64,000 nt of DNA from a virus (lineage: Duplodnaviria > Heunggongvirae > Uroviricota > Caudoviricetes). Where the stretch lies: positions 103,942 to 167,941 of the IMG/VR virus record IMGVR_UViG_3300021255_000114; one strand, given 5' to 3'. Positions 21,715 through 32,035 of this stretch are shown here, piece after piece. How positions within the stretch are numbered: position 1 is the first letter of the stretch; every line of letters starts with the position of its first letter. The notes under the pieces are model-generated. The model did no database searches. It saw only the letters and a list, made by a program, of their open reading frames with translations, and was not told the origin of the DNA. The translations under genes were made by a program, and so were the position numbers.

Positions 21715-22201
21715 GAAATATATAGGATCGCTTTTAGATAGCAAAGCGCAGATACTTGTACATCAAGTCAATTGTACAGGTAGAATGGCAAGTGGAATAG
21801 CGAAAACAATTCGTGAAACTTATCCTGTCGTATATGATGAATATATGGAATATTGTAAAACAATTCCAAATCCTAAAATGCGGCTCGGTGATATCAATAT
21901 TGTAAAAATATCAAGAAAACAGGCTGTATGCAATCTATTCGGGCAGTTGAATTATGGTTATGATGGAAAACGGTATACTTCATACGATGCACTTGCAGAC
22001 GGATTTGAAAAACTTCGTGATTTCTGTCTTGAAAAAGGAGTCAAAAGCATAGCAATACCAAAGAATCTTGGATGTGGTCTGGGTGGTGGAAAATGGGGAA
22101 TTGTTTCAATGATTATATACGAAACATTTGAAAAAACAAATTTAGAAATAGAAACATGGGAATACAATGGAACAGAAGGACAAGAAGAAATTTCTCGTTG
22201 A
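21704..22201 (+). CDS. Macro-domain protein (ADP-ribose processing)
   Basis: HQVNCTGRMASGIA and IPKNLGCGLGGGKW macrodomain motifs. Confidence 0.85.
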   Translation: MEIKKYIGSLLDSKAQILVHQVNCTGRMASGIAKTIRETYPVVYDEYMEYCKTIPNPKMRLGDINIVKISRKQAVCNLFGQLNYGYDGKRYTSYDALADGFEKLRDFCLEKGVKSIAIPKNLGCGLGGGKWGIVSMIIYETFEKTNLEIETWEYNGTEGQEEISR

Positions 22202-22763
22202 CGTTGATGATGTTTTGCGTAGTCTAGTACCGAATATGGTCAGGATTTACAATGAAGAATTCAATGAAAATATGACTTACGATGATGTAATGATATATTA
22301 TGTCGACAAATCATTCCCTAAAGTAAAAGAAAGATTTGGCAATGTTCCGCATTGGTTCTTCCAAGTACACGGCCATGAATTGTTCTATGAGAGTGAACCA
22401 ATTAAAGGTGCTGTTGAGGCGGTAAATAAGTTACATGAATATGGTACTGTTGAAATTGTAACCAAGCAACGCAGCACGCAGAATAAGGTAGACACTCTTG
22501 TGTGGCTTGATAGGGTTGGGGTTAAATATGACAGTGTTTCATTTGTAACGCACAAATCGATTGTTTGTTGTGACTATTTCATAGATGATTTCCATGAAAA
22601 TTTCATAGGATGTGGCTCTGAAGGCGCAATAGGGATACTAATTAATGCCCCATATAATAGAAACATTGATTTGAATGAACTCAAACCACGCACCGGTTTC
22701 TCCATGATATTGAGGTACAATAGTCTTGCGGACTTTATTAAAGATATTGATAATATCATTTAA
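22167..22763 (+). CDS. HAD 5'(3')-deoxyribonucleotidase
   Basis: DVDDVL motif I; FIDD...N; APYN. Confidence 0.8.
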   Translation: MEQKDKKKFLVDVDDVLRSLVPNMVRIYNEEFNENMTYDDVMIYYVDKSFPKVKERFGNVPHWFFQVHGHELFYESEPIKGAVEAVNKLHEYGTVEIVTKQRSTQNKVDTLVWLDRVGVKYDSVSFVTHKSIVCCDYFIDDFHENFIGCGSEGAIGILINAPYNRNIDLNELKPRTGFSMILRYNSLADFIKDIDNII

Positions 22764-22766
22764 AAC

Positions 22767-24899
22767 ATGAATACAAACACAATAATTTTAGAAAACGAAG
22801 AAATCAAACACAAAAAAGAACTTCTAAAAAACGCAGAGAAGGTCTTGAAGGAAGAACTTATAGGTATTGACAATGTCATTGACGATACTTTACTTAACAT
22901 ACGTCCTTGGTATCTATATCCTGAACTACAGGACAGACCGTTGGTCATCACCCTTGTTGGACTTACGGGAACTGGAAAAACCCAAATCGTCAGACGTTTG
23001 GCTGAATTACTTGATATTACTGGCGATATGGTTTATTTCAATTTTGCCGAAATCGGTGAAATGAAGTCTTGGGAAATCGAAGACACTTTTGAGGAATCAA
23101 TTGACAACGGCACACCAAACAAGATGTTTGTTTATGATGAATTCCAGTATGCTGCAACCATCGACGAGAACGGAGGTGAAAAGGATAATAAAACCGGTTT
23201 AAAACCATTCTGGGAATTGATGGATAGCGGTGTATTGCACAGGCGTATTTCCACCTATGAGATTCATTGCTTACGAAAGTTACTGGATTACGCATACCGT
23301 ATAAACAAAAATTGTAGGATTAATCTCGAAAATGGACGTTGGGTAAACGCCGAAGAATGTTTATCCTCGTTTTCTGCATATGATAGGGATAAATTTGAGC
23401 AGGTATTCAATGTTCCACGCAAGAAAAGAGACGATGAACCGGAAAATACGGATAACACGAAACAGTATCAAGCAACACCGGTATATAACGAAGATTTGAA
23501 TGTTTTATCATATGATGACGGAGATGCCGATATATTTATCAGGAATGGATATATAAATAAACTCTCCGATATGTATGCACGGGTTTATAAATCCATTGAT
23601 AACATTGACTTCCATAATATGTTATGTAAATTTGATTTCCTTGAACTCTGTGCATTTATTGAGGATTTAATAAAGAAGGGTGGTAAGGGTTATGACATGA
23701 ACTTCAGTAAGTCAGTCATATTTGTCTTGATGAATCTTGACGAAGCATATGAAATGAGTTTTAATGTCAACCCCGACATGTTACCGGATCAATTCCATAA
23801 GATAACCAAGAAGCTCACCATAGTTGATATCAAGGAAGCCTTGAGGAAACGTTTTAGAAATGAGCAAATTGGACGTCTTGGTAATCTATTTATGATTTAC
23901 CCATCATTCTCTGAAAAGTCATTCAGGGAAATTATCAATCTTCTGTTGGCAAAATATTCAGCAACAGTCAAGGATAAATGGCAAATCGACCTTGAATTCG
24001 ATGACAGTGTGAAGGAGATTATCTATAAGGATTCCGTATTCCCTACACATGGAACAAGACCGATTATTTCGTCCGTCCATGAAATCATTAAAACAAAACT
24101 TCCATTGGTTGTTGATAGTCTCGGGGAGAATAACGTTGAATCTGTAGATAAGATGGTATATTCATTTGACGGAACGAGCATTAAAGTTGTTTCATACCTC
24201 AATGATAAAGTGATTGGTGAAGTGAAAATCAAACAGAGTCTTCGTGTTGACAATCATAGGAAACTCGAGGATAAGGAACAACAGGCACTTATTGCCGCAC
24301 ATGAAAGTGGGCATTTTGTTATGTACGCCAAATTACACGGAAAACTTCCGGAAAAAGTTTGTTCGGCTACCATTCAAAAGGATACTGGTGGATTTATGCT
24401 ACGCGACAATGATGACGCAGATAGAATTTACAGTAAGGAGGATTGTCTTAATGACATCAAGGTAACACTCGGTGGTTATGTTGCAGAGAAAATGATATTC
24501 GGTGATATCAAACGTACAAGTGGAGCGTCAGATGATTTAAAGAAGGCAACAGTAATGGCGTCTGCAATGGTAAGGAGTTATGGTCTTGGAAACAGACCTG
24601 AGGTCACAACATATATGACAGGAGAACATGGAACAAGTGATGGAATGTTGATAAATGATGACTCGAAGTCCCCGGTGAATGCTGAAATACGCAATATAAT
24701 AACGGCTTGTATGACTGAGGTTGAAAATACATTCAATCAAGTGCATTGGAAAAAAATGTTGAAGGATTCGGCTATCTATCTGTCAGAACATACCAACATG
24801 AATAAAGAGAAAATGGAGGAATTATATAATGAGGTTCCTGAAAATATAAGGCTTGTTATTGACAATAATTTCTACAGGAACGCCATCCAAAATTTTTAA
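22767..24899 (+). CDS. AAA+ ATPase fused to an FtsH-type (M41) zinc peptidase, soluble
   Basis: GLTGTGKT, YDEFQ, FRNEQIGRL, HGTRP; C-terminal HESGH, LGGYVAE, GASDDLKKAT; no TM. Confidence 0.8.
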   Translation: MNTNTIILENEEIKHKKELLKNAEKVLKEELIGIDNVIDDTLLNIRPWYLYPELQDRPLVITLVGLTGTGKTQIVRRLAELLDITGDMVYFNFAEIGEMKSWEIEDTFEESIDNGTPNKMFVYDEFQYAATIDENGGEKDNKTGLKPFWELMDSGVLHRRISTYEIHCLRKLLDYAYRINKNCRINLENGRWVNAEECLSSFSAYDRDKFEQVFNVPRKKRDDEPENTDNTKQYQATPVYNEDLNVLSYDDGDADIFIRNGYINKLSDMYARVYKSIDNIDFHNMLCKFDFLELCAFIEDLIKKGGKGYDMNFSKSVIFVLMNLDEAYEMSFNVNPDMLPDQFHKITKKLTIVDIKEALRKRFRNEQIGRLGNLFMIYPSFSEKSFREIINLLLAKYSATVKDKWQIDLEFDDSVKEIIYKDSVFPTHGTRPIISSVHEIIKTKLPLVVDSLGENNVESVDKMVYSFDGTSIKVVSYLNDKVIGEVKIKQSLRVDNHRKLEDKEQQALIAAHESGHFVMYAKLHGKLPEKVCSATIQKDTGGFMLRDNDDADRIYSKEDCLNDIKVTLGGYVAEKMIFGDIKRTSGASDDLKKATVMASAMVRSYGLGNRPEVTTYMTGEHGTSDGMLINDDSKSPVNAEIRNIITACMTEVENTFNQVHWKKMLKDSAIYLSEHTNMNKEKMEELYNEVPENIRLVIDNNFYRNAIQNF

Positions 24900-24973
24900 C
24901 ATTTTTTAAGAAAAAACATTCAATGGGGTAAAGATATTTTGTTATCTTTGCCCTGTTGTAATAAATTAAAAAA

Positions 24974-25378
24974 ATGAGAGATATAATTTTTCGAGGTAAA
25001 CGTATTGATATTTCTGAATGGGTTTATGGAGATTTAGTAAGGGACAATATAGGTGGGGTTTATGTATTTCCTAATGATGCCAAAGGCCTTTATCCAGAAT
25101 ATAAAGTAAACCCCGAAACTGTCGGGCAATATATTGGTCTTACCGACATGAACGGCAACAAGATTTTTGAAGGGGATATAATTGCCTTTAATGCACGTTG
25201 TTTTGCCAATAGTAGGGTGTTCTATTACACTCGTTGTTCCGGATTTTATTTAACGAAATCAATGAATGAACCTAAACCATGTGACATCAAACCGTTTTTT
25301 TCGGATGATTGTTATAGATATGAGGTTATCGGCAACGTTTTTGACAACCCCGAACTCTTGAAAGGAGGTGAGGAATGA
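24974..25378 (+). CDS. YopX family protein
   Basis: IIFRGKR...WVYGDL...TVGQYIGLTD.NG.KIFEGDI...EVIGNVFDNPELL. Confidence 0.85.
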   Translation: MRDIIFRGKRIDISEWVYGDLVRDNIGGVYVFPNDAKGLYPEYKVNPETVGQYIGLTDMNGNKIFEGDIIAFNARCFANSRVFYYTRCSGFYLTKSMNEPKPCDIKPFFSDDCYRYEVIGNVFDNPELLKGGEE

Positions 25379-25656
25379 GAATAACGAAAATTTCAAATGA
25401 ACTCATATGGAAAAATTTTGAAAAAATAGAGCGTATGACACGGCGCAAACGATACCCAGACTCAATGGCTGCTTTCCATCAAGGATGGAACGCGGCAATT
25501 CGTTTCGCGAAAAGGGTGGAAGACGCTCAGGCTGTATGTGAACAATGCGGAAAACTTATTCTGAATAACGATGACCTGCATTTTGATGCAGCATATATTC
25601 CTTTCTGTGCAAAGTGCCATAACAAACTGTTCTCGAAAGGAGGCAACAATGCATGA
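25375..25656 (+). CDS. Hypothetical protein with CxxC pair
   Basis: ATGA-coupled; CEQC...CAKC. Confidence 0.55.
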   Translation: MRITKISNELIWKNFEKIERMTRRKRYPDSMAAFHQGWNAAIRFAKRVEDAQAVCEQCGKLILNNDDLHFDAAYIPFCAKCHNKLFSKGGNNA

Positions 25657-26095
25657 GATACTTTTCCGAGGCAAACGCACAGACAATGGGAAATGGGTGT
25701 ATGGTGACTTATACCACAGAAAGATATGTGGTGTAATCTCGCCTACCATCCATAATATGGATTATACCGGAGGAAGTGTTATCCCTGCTACTATCGGCCA
25801 GTATACTGGTCTTAAAGACAAGAACGGCACTAAGATTTTTGAAGGTGATATCATTGAATATACCAGATATAATCTAAAAACAGGATATGACAGAAACGAA
25901 ATGGACATCAAAGAGGTTGGCTGTATATTTTGGAATGATAGTAAACACGCTTTTTATTACCGGGCAAAACTTGATTGCGGTGCCGTAAGTGGGCTTTTAA
26001 TTTTTGACGATGATAGATGTGATGGATTTGATATCAAAATAATCGGAAACGAATACGATGATCCAGAACTAATAAAAGTTGACAAAGACCCCTGA
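25649..26095 (+). CDS. YopX family protein (second copy)
   Basis: ILFRGKR...WVYGDL...TIGQYTGLKDKNG.KIFEGDI. Confidence 0.85.
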   Translation: MHEILFRGKRTDNGKWVYGDLYHRKICGVISPTIHNMDYTGGSVIPATIGQYTGLKDKNGTKIFEGDIIEYTRYNLKTGYDRNEMDIKEVGCIFWNDSKHAFYYRAKLDCGAVSGLLIFDDDRCDGFDIKIIGNEYDDPELIKVDKDP

Positions 26096-26179
26096 CAATT
26101 TGTCAGTTTGTCAGTTTTGGCATGGATTTTGTTTATATAATGTAGGAAATAATTTAATGTAAAATAAAATATAATAGAA

Positions 26180-28096
26180 ATGTCTAAAAAAGCAATTGGA
26201 ATTGACCTCGGGTCAACATTTAGTGAAGTATGTGTAATGGAGCACGGTAAACCGGTCGTTGCATTTAATGAGGAAGGTGCTAATATGACACCCTCTGTAG
26301 TATCGTTTGTAAACGACGAACGCAAGGTTGGTGGTCCCGCCAAACGTAAAATGATAGTTAACCCAAAGGAATGTGTGAACCTTATTAAGCGTTTCATGGG
26401 GGCAACTTATGCCGAATCAAACGAGGCCATTAAGCATGTTCTATATGATGTGGTGGACAAAGATGGTCAACCACGTGTTAAAATTAACAATAAACTTTAT
26501 TCACCTGAGGAAATTTCCGCTATGATCATCGGAGCGTTAAAGAAAAACGCTGAGGATTATCTCGGTGAGAAGGTTACGGATGCTGTTATTACGGTTCCGG
26601 CTTTCTTCTCAGATAATGCCCGTGCCGCCACCAAGAAGGCGGGTGAAATGGCCGGTTTAAATGTACTTCGTATTATTGCTGAGCCTACTGCCGCAATTCT
26701 ATCATCCAACATTGATATGAAGGAAGGCGGAAAATTTATGGTTGTTGACTTTGGAGGTTCAACTCTTGATGATTCTGTGGCCGATATTTCCGATGGTGTT
26801 GTTGAAATTTTGAGTACTAACGGTGATGTGTACCTTGGTGGTAGTGATCTCGATAAAGCCGTTGCCAATCACATCGTTCAAGAGTATAAAGATAACTCCG
26901 GTATTGATATCACGACCGATGCACAGGCAATGTCCCGTGTTATGGAAGCCGCAGAGAAGGCAAAGATTGAATTAAGTGCATCCGCAATGGCAGAGATTAA
27001 CATCCCTTACATCACAGTTAAGGATGGAACACCTCAACACCTCACCACACAGATATCACGCAGTAAGTTCGAGCAAATTATTGAGCCATTTATTAATAGA
27101 CTTATTAATTGTGCCAAGAACGCAGTCAAGTCCGCTAATATTAGTAATTCTGAACTTAATGGAATTTTGCTTGTCGGTGGTTCTTGTCGTATTCCATATG
27201 TTCAGGATCGCTTGACTAAGGAATTCGGCGTACAACTCATTAAATCGAGTAATCTTGACCTTGCTGTAGCCGAGGGCGCTGCAATTCAGGCTAACACACT
27301 CGTTGGTGGTGAAGGTGCAAGTGATATCCTCCTGCTCGATGTAACCCCTATGAACTATAGTATTGAGACCGAAGGTGGTGTTGCCACCACCATTATTGAG
27401 GCGAATACGACCATTCCGTGTAAGAAATCACAGATTTTCAGTACGGCGGTTGACAATCAGCTGGCAGTTACCATTCATGTTCTTAATGGCCTTCGTCCGA
27501 TGGCAAAGGACAACAAGACAGTTGGTATGTTTACACTTGACGGTATCATGCCCGCTCGTCGTGGAATCCCGCAAATTGAAGTAACCTTTGATATCGATAG
27601 TAATAGTATTCTTACAGTCACGGCTGTTGATAAGGGCACTAACAAGGAACAACACATCACCATTGACAACAAGGGTAAATTGTCTGATGAGGAAGTTGAA
27701 CGTTTCAAGGCCGAGGCCAAAGAGCATGAGGAGGAGGACAAACGCAATAAGGAGGCCGCAGAGAAGGCTAATCGTTGTGAGTCCCTTATTTATCAGACCG
27801 AGCAGCAGATTGAGAACTTCAAGGATAATGAGAAGTTCACTGAGGACGACAAGACTTACTTCACAGGTAAAATCGATGAACTCAAGAAAATCAAAGATGC
27901 TAATGACTATAGTAAGTTTGAGGAACTTGAAAAGGAAATTCAGTCCAAGTGGTTTGAAATCAGTGCAAAAATGTATGCTGCACCTAATGGCGATAATGCC
28001 AATGCCATGGAGGATGTGATGAAGAATGCTGGTTTTGGTGCACAAGCACAGCAGCAGCCCACGGAGGAGGATCTGAATCAACAGGAAGTTGGTTAA
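26180..28096 (+). CDS. dnaK: Hsp70 chaperone DnaK (divergent)
   Basis: IGIDLGST, DAVITVPA, IIAEPTAA, LLLDVTP, GIPQIEVTFDID. Confidence 0.95.
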   Translation: MSKKAIGIDLGSTFSEVCVMEHGKPVVAFNEEGANMTPSVVSFVNDERKVGGPAKRKMIVNPKECVNLIKRFMGATYAESNEAIKHVLYDVVDKDGQPRVKINNKLYSPEEISAMIIGALKKNAEDYLGEKVTDAVITVPAFFSDNARAATKKAGEMAGLNVLRIIAEPTAAILSSNIDMKEGGKFMVVDFGGSTLDDSVADISDGVVEILSTNGDVYLGGSDLDKAVANHIVQEYKDNSGIDITTDAQAMSRVMEAAEKAKIELSASAMAEINIPYITVKDGTPQHLTTQISRSKFEQIIEPFINRLINCAKNAVKSANISNSELNGILLVGGSCRIPYVQDRLTKEFGVQLIKSSNLDLAVAEGAAIQANTLVGGEGASDILLLDVTPMNYSIETEGGVATTIIEANTTIPCKKSQIFSTAVDNQLAVTIHVLNGLRPMAKDNKTVGMFTLDGIMPARRGIPQIEVTFDIDSNSILTVTAVDKGTNKEQHITIDNKGKLSDEEVERFKAEAKEHEEEDKRNKEAAEKANRCESLIYQTEQQIENFKDNEKFTEDDKTYFTGKIDELKKIKDANDYSKFEELEKEIQSKWFEISAKMYAAPNGDNANAMEDVMKNAGFGAQAQQQPTEEDLNQQEVG

Positions 28097-28116
28097 TCCA
28101 GCCAACAACATAAATG

Positions 28117-28146
28117 AACGGCGGTTGAAATATACCGCCGTTTTTA
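28117..28146 (+). terminator. Intrinsic terminator after dnaK
   Basis: AACGGCGGT/ACCGCCGTT stem plus T-run. Confidence 0.8.
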
Positions 28147-28219
28147 AAACTTTTTAACAAACTGGAATACAAAGGCTACAATAACTTAAGTATCTTTGCC
28201 TTGTTGAAAAAACATTACA

Positions 28220-29377
28220 ATGCCACAAAAAGATTATTATAAAATTTTAGGTTTAACCGAGGAGGACAAAAAACTCCAAGGTGAAGAACTCAAGTCGAAA
28301 ATCAAAGAGAACTATAGGAAATTGGCAAAAAAATTCCATCCTGACAAATTTGCCAACAAATCTGATGCGGAAAAGAAGGAAGCCGAGGAAAAATTCAAGG
28401 AAATAACCGAAGCCTATGATGTATTGACTGACCCCAAGAAAAGGCAGCAATATGAGCAGTTTGGGACAAATAGCGGTTTCACTTTTGAAGGATTCGGAAA
28501 TACGGGTATGGACGACATTGATGAAATGTTGAACCGTTTCCGTGGGGCTGGATTTGGTAATCCGTTTGGTGGTTTTGAATTCGATATGGGTGGAATGGGT
28601 GGTTTCGGATTCAAACAACAGAATCAAACAGGCCCGCGTAAGCCACAGCCATTGAAACTCAAACTTCACGTGTCGATTGAGGATATATACAACGGAACCT
28701 CTAAAAAAATACGTTACAAAAGGATGATTCCTTGTGCACATTGTGACGGGAACGGATACGAATCCGGTGGACATATTGAAACCTGCCCGGTTTGCGGAGG
28801 TCTTGGACAGGTCATGCATACCGAGCGTAACGGTAACATGATGTTTCAAGAGACAGTTCCGTGTAACCATTGTGGTGGTACCGGTAGTGTTGTCATCAAT
28901 CCTTGCAAAGATTGTGGAGGAAGTGGCAGGGTTGTCACAAGTGAGGAATTGGATATTCAGATTCCGGCCGGTGCCATTGATGGAGCCACATTTGCAATTG
29001 CGGGTAAAGGTAACTACGCTGAACGCAGCAAAAATGTAGTTGGTGATATGCTTATCTTTTTGGTTGTTGATCCACACGAACGTTTCGCAATTGCCAACCA
29101 GTATGACTTGTACACCGCGATCGATGTCCCTATCTTGGATTGTCTTACTGGATGCAAAGCAGAAATAGCCTTGTTTGGCGGAAAGAAAATTTCGGTTGAC
29201 ATTCCCAAATTCACCAAGGAAGGCAAAATATTAAGACTTAATGGACTTGGAATGCCGATTGGCAACGGAAATAGGGGTTCTCTGCTTATTGAAGTGAAAC
29301 AGAAGTATCCGAAGGACATCAGTCGTTCAGAGGAGAAACTAATAAAAGAACTGAAAGATTCCAAAAACTTTAAATAA
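28220..29377 (+). CDS. dnaJ: DnaJ co-chaperone
   Basis: J-domain with HPD, G/F-rich linker, four CxxCxGxG repeats. Confidence 0.95.
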   Translation: MPQKDYYKILGLTEEDKKLQGEELKSKIKENYRKLAKKFHPDKFANKSDAEKKEAEEKFKEITEAYDVLTDPKKRQQYEQFGTNSGFTFEGFGNTGMDDIDEMLNRFRGAGFGNPFGGFEFDMGGMGGFGFKQQNQTGPRKPQPLKLKLHVSIEDIYNGTSKKIRYKRMIPCAHCDGNGYESGGHIETCPVCGGLGQVMHTERNGNMMFQETVPCNHCGGTGSVVINPCKDCGGSGRVVTSEELDIQIPAGAIDGATFAIAGKGNYAERSKNVVGDMLIFLVVDPHERFAIANQYDLYTAIDVPILDCLTGCKAEIALFGGKKISVDIPKFTKEGKILRLNGLGMPIGNGNRGSLLIEVKQKYPKDISRSEEKLIKELKDSKNFK

Positions 29378-29378
29378 C

Positions 29379-29582
29379 ATGTCTGTTATTGTTGAAGGAA
29401 CGAAGAAATTCAAATGTAAAGTGTGCGGCTGTAAGTTCACGTTGAACAATGATTATACATATACCGAAAAGACTGAGCGTAGATGGCCGTTCTTGGGTGA
29501 TGATTATATATTACATTACCTTTTCGTTAAATGCCCACAATGCGGAAATTTAGTAAAAGTCAACGAATATAAAACAAAGTGA
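29379..29582 (+). CDS. Small zinc-ribbon protein
   Basis: CKVC...CPQC. Confidence 0.55.
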   Translation: MSVIVEGTKKFKCKVCGCKFTLNNDYTYTEKTERRWPFLGDDYILHYLFVKCPQCGNLVKVNEYKTK

Positions 29583-30034
29583 AACATAGTGCAGGAATTA
29601 TTCCGTTTAGAGTAACGGATGACAAATATGAGTTTTTTGTGGGCCACCCGGGTGGTCCGTTTTGGAAGAAGAAATCCTATTGGGCACTCCTTAAAGGGGG
29701 TATTCAGGATGGAGAAGATGAACTTATGGCTGCAATAAGGGAGTTTAATGAGGAATCTGGTATAAAATTACCACAGGATGTTGAGGAACACCTTGTGAAA
29801 ATTACAACAGTCAAACAAAATCCAAAAAAGAAGGTTACAGCATTTGCCGTGAAGTATGGGAATATTGACCCAAAGGTGTGTTTTTCCAATATGGCCGATA
29901 ATTGTGATTGGCCCGAAATTGACAAATATGCGTGGGTTGAATACTCCGAACTTGTTAAAGTAACCAATGCAACCAATGTGGTTTTTTATGATGAAATCAT
30001 TAAAATGGATAGGGAGGGTGCATTTAAATGCTGA
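29579..30034 (+). CDS. NUDIX hydrolase
   Basis: KGG....EDELMAAIREFNEESG Nudix box; HPGGPFW. Confidence 0.85.
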   Translation: MKHSAGIIPFRVTDDKYEFFVGHPGGPFWKKKSYWALLKGGIQDGEDELMAAIREFNEESGIKLPQDVEEHLVKITTVKQNPKKKVTAFAVKYGNIDPKVCFSNMADNCDWPEIDKYAWVEYSELVKVTNATNVVFYDEIIKMDREGAFKC

Positions 30035-30498
30035 CCATATTGAATGGATTTAAAATCATTAACGAAGTCCATAAATTCGATGTTGTTATGTTTGGGACTA
30101 ACATTTACGGTGAAACTGTAGGCGGTTTTCAGAAGGAGATTGTAGAGAAGTATCCGTATGTTAGGGACGAAAACATAAAGCAGCCGTATGGTGATATGCG
30201 AAGGTTGGGGACAAGGCTCACCATTCATAAAGGTTCCGACCCAATTATAACACTATTGTATATTTGCGCTAAAGCCAAGGGCAATCGAATGAATGGCTTT
30301 TATCGTGATTCACTCATTCACGCGCTGCAAACCGCGAATAATGAATTCAAGGGTATGCGGGTCACTTGTCCCATAATAGGAACCTCCAATTGGGATGGCA
30401 AACAGGATAAGACGGATATGATGCGACTTATTGATGACAATACACCTGATCTCAATCTATTTATATTTGAAAACACGAAAAACAGGCCTAAACGCTAA
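30028..30498 (+). CDS. Degenerate macro-domain-like protein
   Basis: GGFQKEIVEKYP, PIIGT pattern resembling a macrodomain. Confidence 0.45.
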   Translation: MLTILNGFKIINEVHKFDVVMFGTNIYGETVGGFQKEIVEKYPYVRDENIKQPYGDMRRLGTRLTIHKGSDPIITLLYICAKAKGNRMNGFYRDSLIHALQTANNEFKGMRVTCPIIGTSNWDGKQDKTDMMRLIDDNTPDLNLFIFENTKNRPKR

Positions 30499-30567
30499 CA
30501 CATGCCAAAAAGAAACTGAATGTGAAAAAGGCAAAAGGCATAGATAGAAAGTGGTACAATAAACAGC

Positions 30568-31110
30568 ATGAACAAAAGACAAGGAAAACAAAAAAACGAA
30601 ATCAAGGAACCGCGTATCAATGATGAATTGTATGGTAACTATGAAGTAAGATTGGTATACACCGGCGACGACGGCGAGATAGTGAACAGAATATGCAGTC
30701 TTAAAGATGCAAAACATACGGCCAACAAAATGGACTTGGATCTGATTGAAATAAATCCAAATGCCAAGCCACCCGTAATGAAATTGGCTAACTATTCAAA
30801 GTATCTTTATGAACTGAAAAAACAAACCAAGGCCAAAAAACAGAACAGGGTTGAATTGAAGGAAATATCACTATCAGTCAATATCTCAAGCCACGACCTT
30901 CAAATTAAAGCAAATAAAGCAAAGGAATTCATTACCAAAGGAGACAAGGTAAAAGTAACCTTGATAATGAAGAAACGCGAACTATTGAGAAGGGAGGAAA
31001 GCAAAAAGGCTATTTTGGAATTCATAGTCCTCATGTCCGATGTTGCAACCCCGGAATCCCTGCCAAAGGATGAAGGAAACAAATCCATTGTCATACTTAA
31101 AAAGAAATAA
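30568..31110 (+). CDS. infC: Translation initiation factor IF-3
   Basis: RINDE, VRLV, LDLIEINPNAKPPVMKLANYSKYLYE, GDKVKV. Confidence 0.92.
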   Translation: MNKRQGKQKNEIKEPRINDELYGNYEVRLVYTGDDGEIVNRICSLKDAKHTANKMDLDLIEINPNAKPPVMKLANYSKYLYELKKQTKAKKQNRVELKEISLSVNISSHDLQIKANKAKEFITKGDKVKVTLIMKKRELLRREESKKAILEFIVLMSDVATPESLPKDEGNKSIVILKKK

Positions 31111-31113
31111 ATA

Positions 31114-32007
31114 ATGTTACTTGTTAATTGTAAATCAAGAAGCCTGTCCCTTGATGGTAACGAAATGGCTCACAGATATTTTTCCGATATTCGTAAGTTT
31201 AAAAAATTAACAAACGAGGAGCAAAAAGAACTGATGATGTCCGTAAAACACGGTACCAAAAGTGAATCTGAATCCGCAAGGCGTAAATTGATTGAATGCA
31301 ATCAACGTTTTGTCGCTTCACTCGCCAAACACCTCACAAACGGGGACAATTTCAATGATCTTATTTCAGAAGGAACAATTGGACTTAACAAGGCAATCGA
31401 TAAATTCGACATAGATTTTAAACAAAATTTTATAACCTATGCAGTATTTTGGATAAACAAATACATGATCGATTATCTCATCGGTGACTATAAACTAATC
31501 ACGCCAAAAAACGCCAATAAGGCATACACTTACGTGGCCACCGCCAACAATAAGTTTTTTCTCGAGAATTGCCGTTACCCAACACTTGAGGAACTTCAGG
31601 ATATCCTTTTGGAGCAGGGTGTTGTCTTTTCCAATAAAGATGATTTAATGTCACCTACATTAATTTCGATTGATGAAATTGATCCGGATTATTGTGACAA
31701 CGATGCCTCCGCTTTCTTCAAGGTTACACTGGCACATGAATATGACCAAAATACAAAAAACAACAATATCGAGGATGAACTCAATAAAGAACATGATAAA
31801 ACGGTAGCGGAAAAACTATTGAAATGTCTCACCAATAAACAAGAGTTCATTCTTAAGCACTATTATGGCATAGGTTGTGAAGCGGAAACCTTTCAAATGA
31901 TAGCTAACAAACTTGGTATTGAGACAAGAAGCGTCTCAAGAGAGTACAATAATGCGATACGCAAAATTCAGAAAAAACTTGGCTTGAAATTTGCGCCTGA
32001 AAAATAG
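31114..32007 (+). CDS. Sigma70-family sigma factor (second)
   Basis: NQRFVASLA, DLISEGTIGL.KAIDKFD, FITYAVFWI, PTLEEL, region 4. Confidence 0.9.
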   Translation: MLLVNCKSRSLSLDGNEMAHRYFSDIRKFKKLTNEEQKELMMSVKHGTKSESESARRKLIECNQRFVASLAKHLTNGDNFNDLISEGTIGLNKAIDKFDIDFKQNFITYAVFWINKYMIDYLIGDYKLITPKNANKAYTYVATANNKFFLENCRYPTLEELQDILLEQGVVFSNKDDLMSPTLISIDEIDPDYCDNDASAFFKVTLAHEYDQNTKNNNIEDELNKEHDKTVAEKLLKCLTNKQEFILKHYYGIGCEAETFQMIANKLGIETRSVSREYNNAIRKIQKKLGLKFAPEK

Positions 32008-32035
32008 TATATTTTTTAGAAAAACAACATAGAAT

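Noticed and set aside
27428-29077. Long antisense ORFs opposite dnaK and dnaJ
   Set aside because: Shadow frames of strongly codon-biased genes with no recognisable motifs
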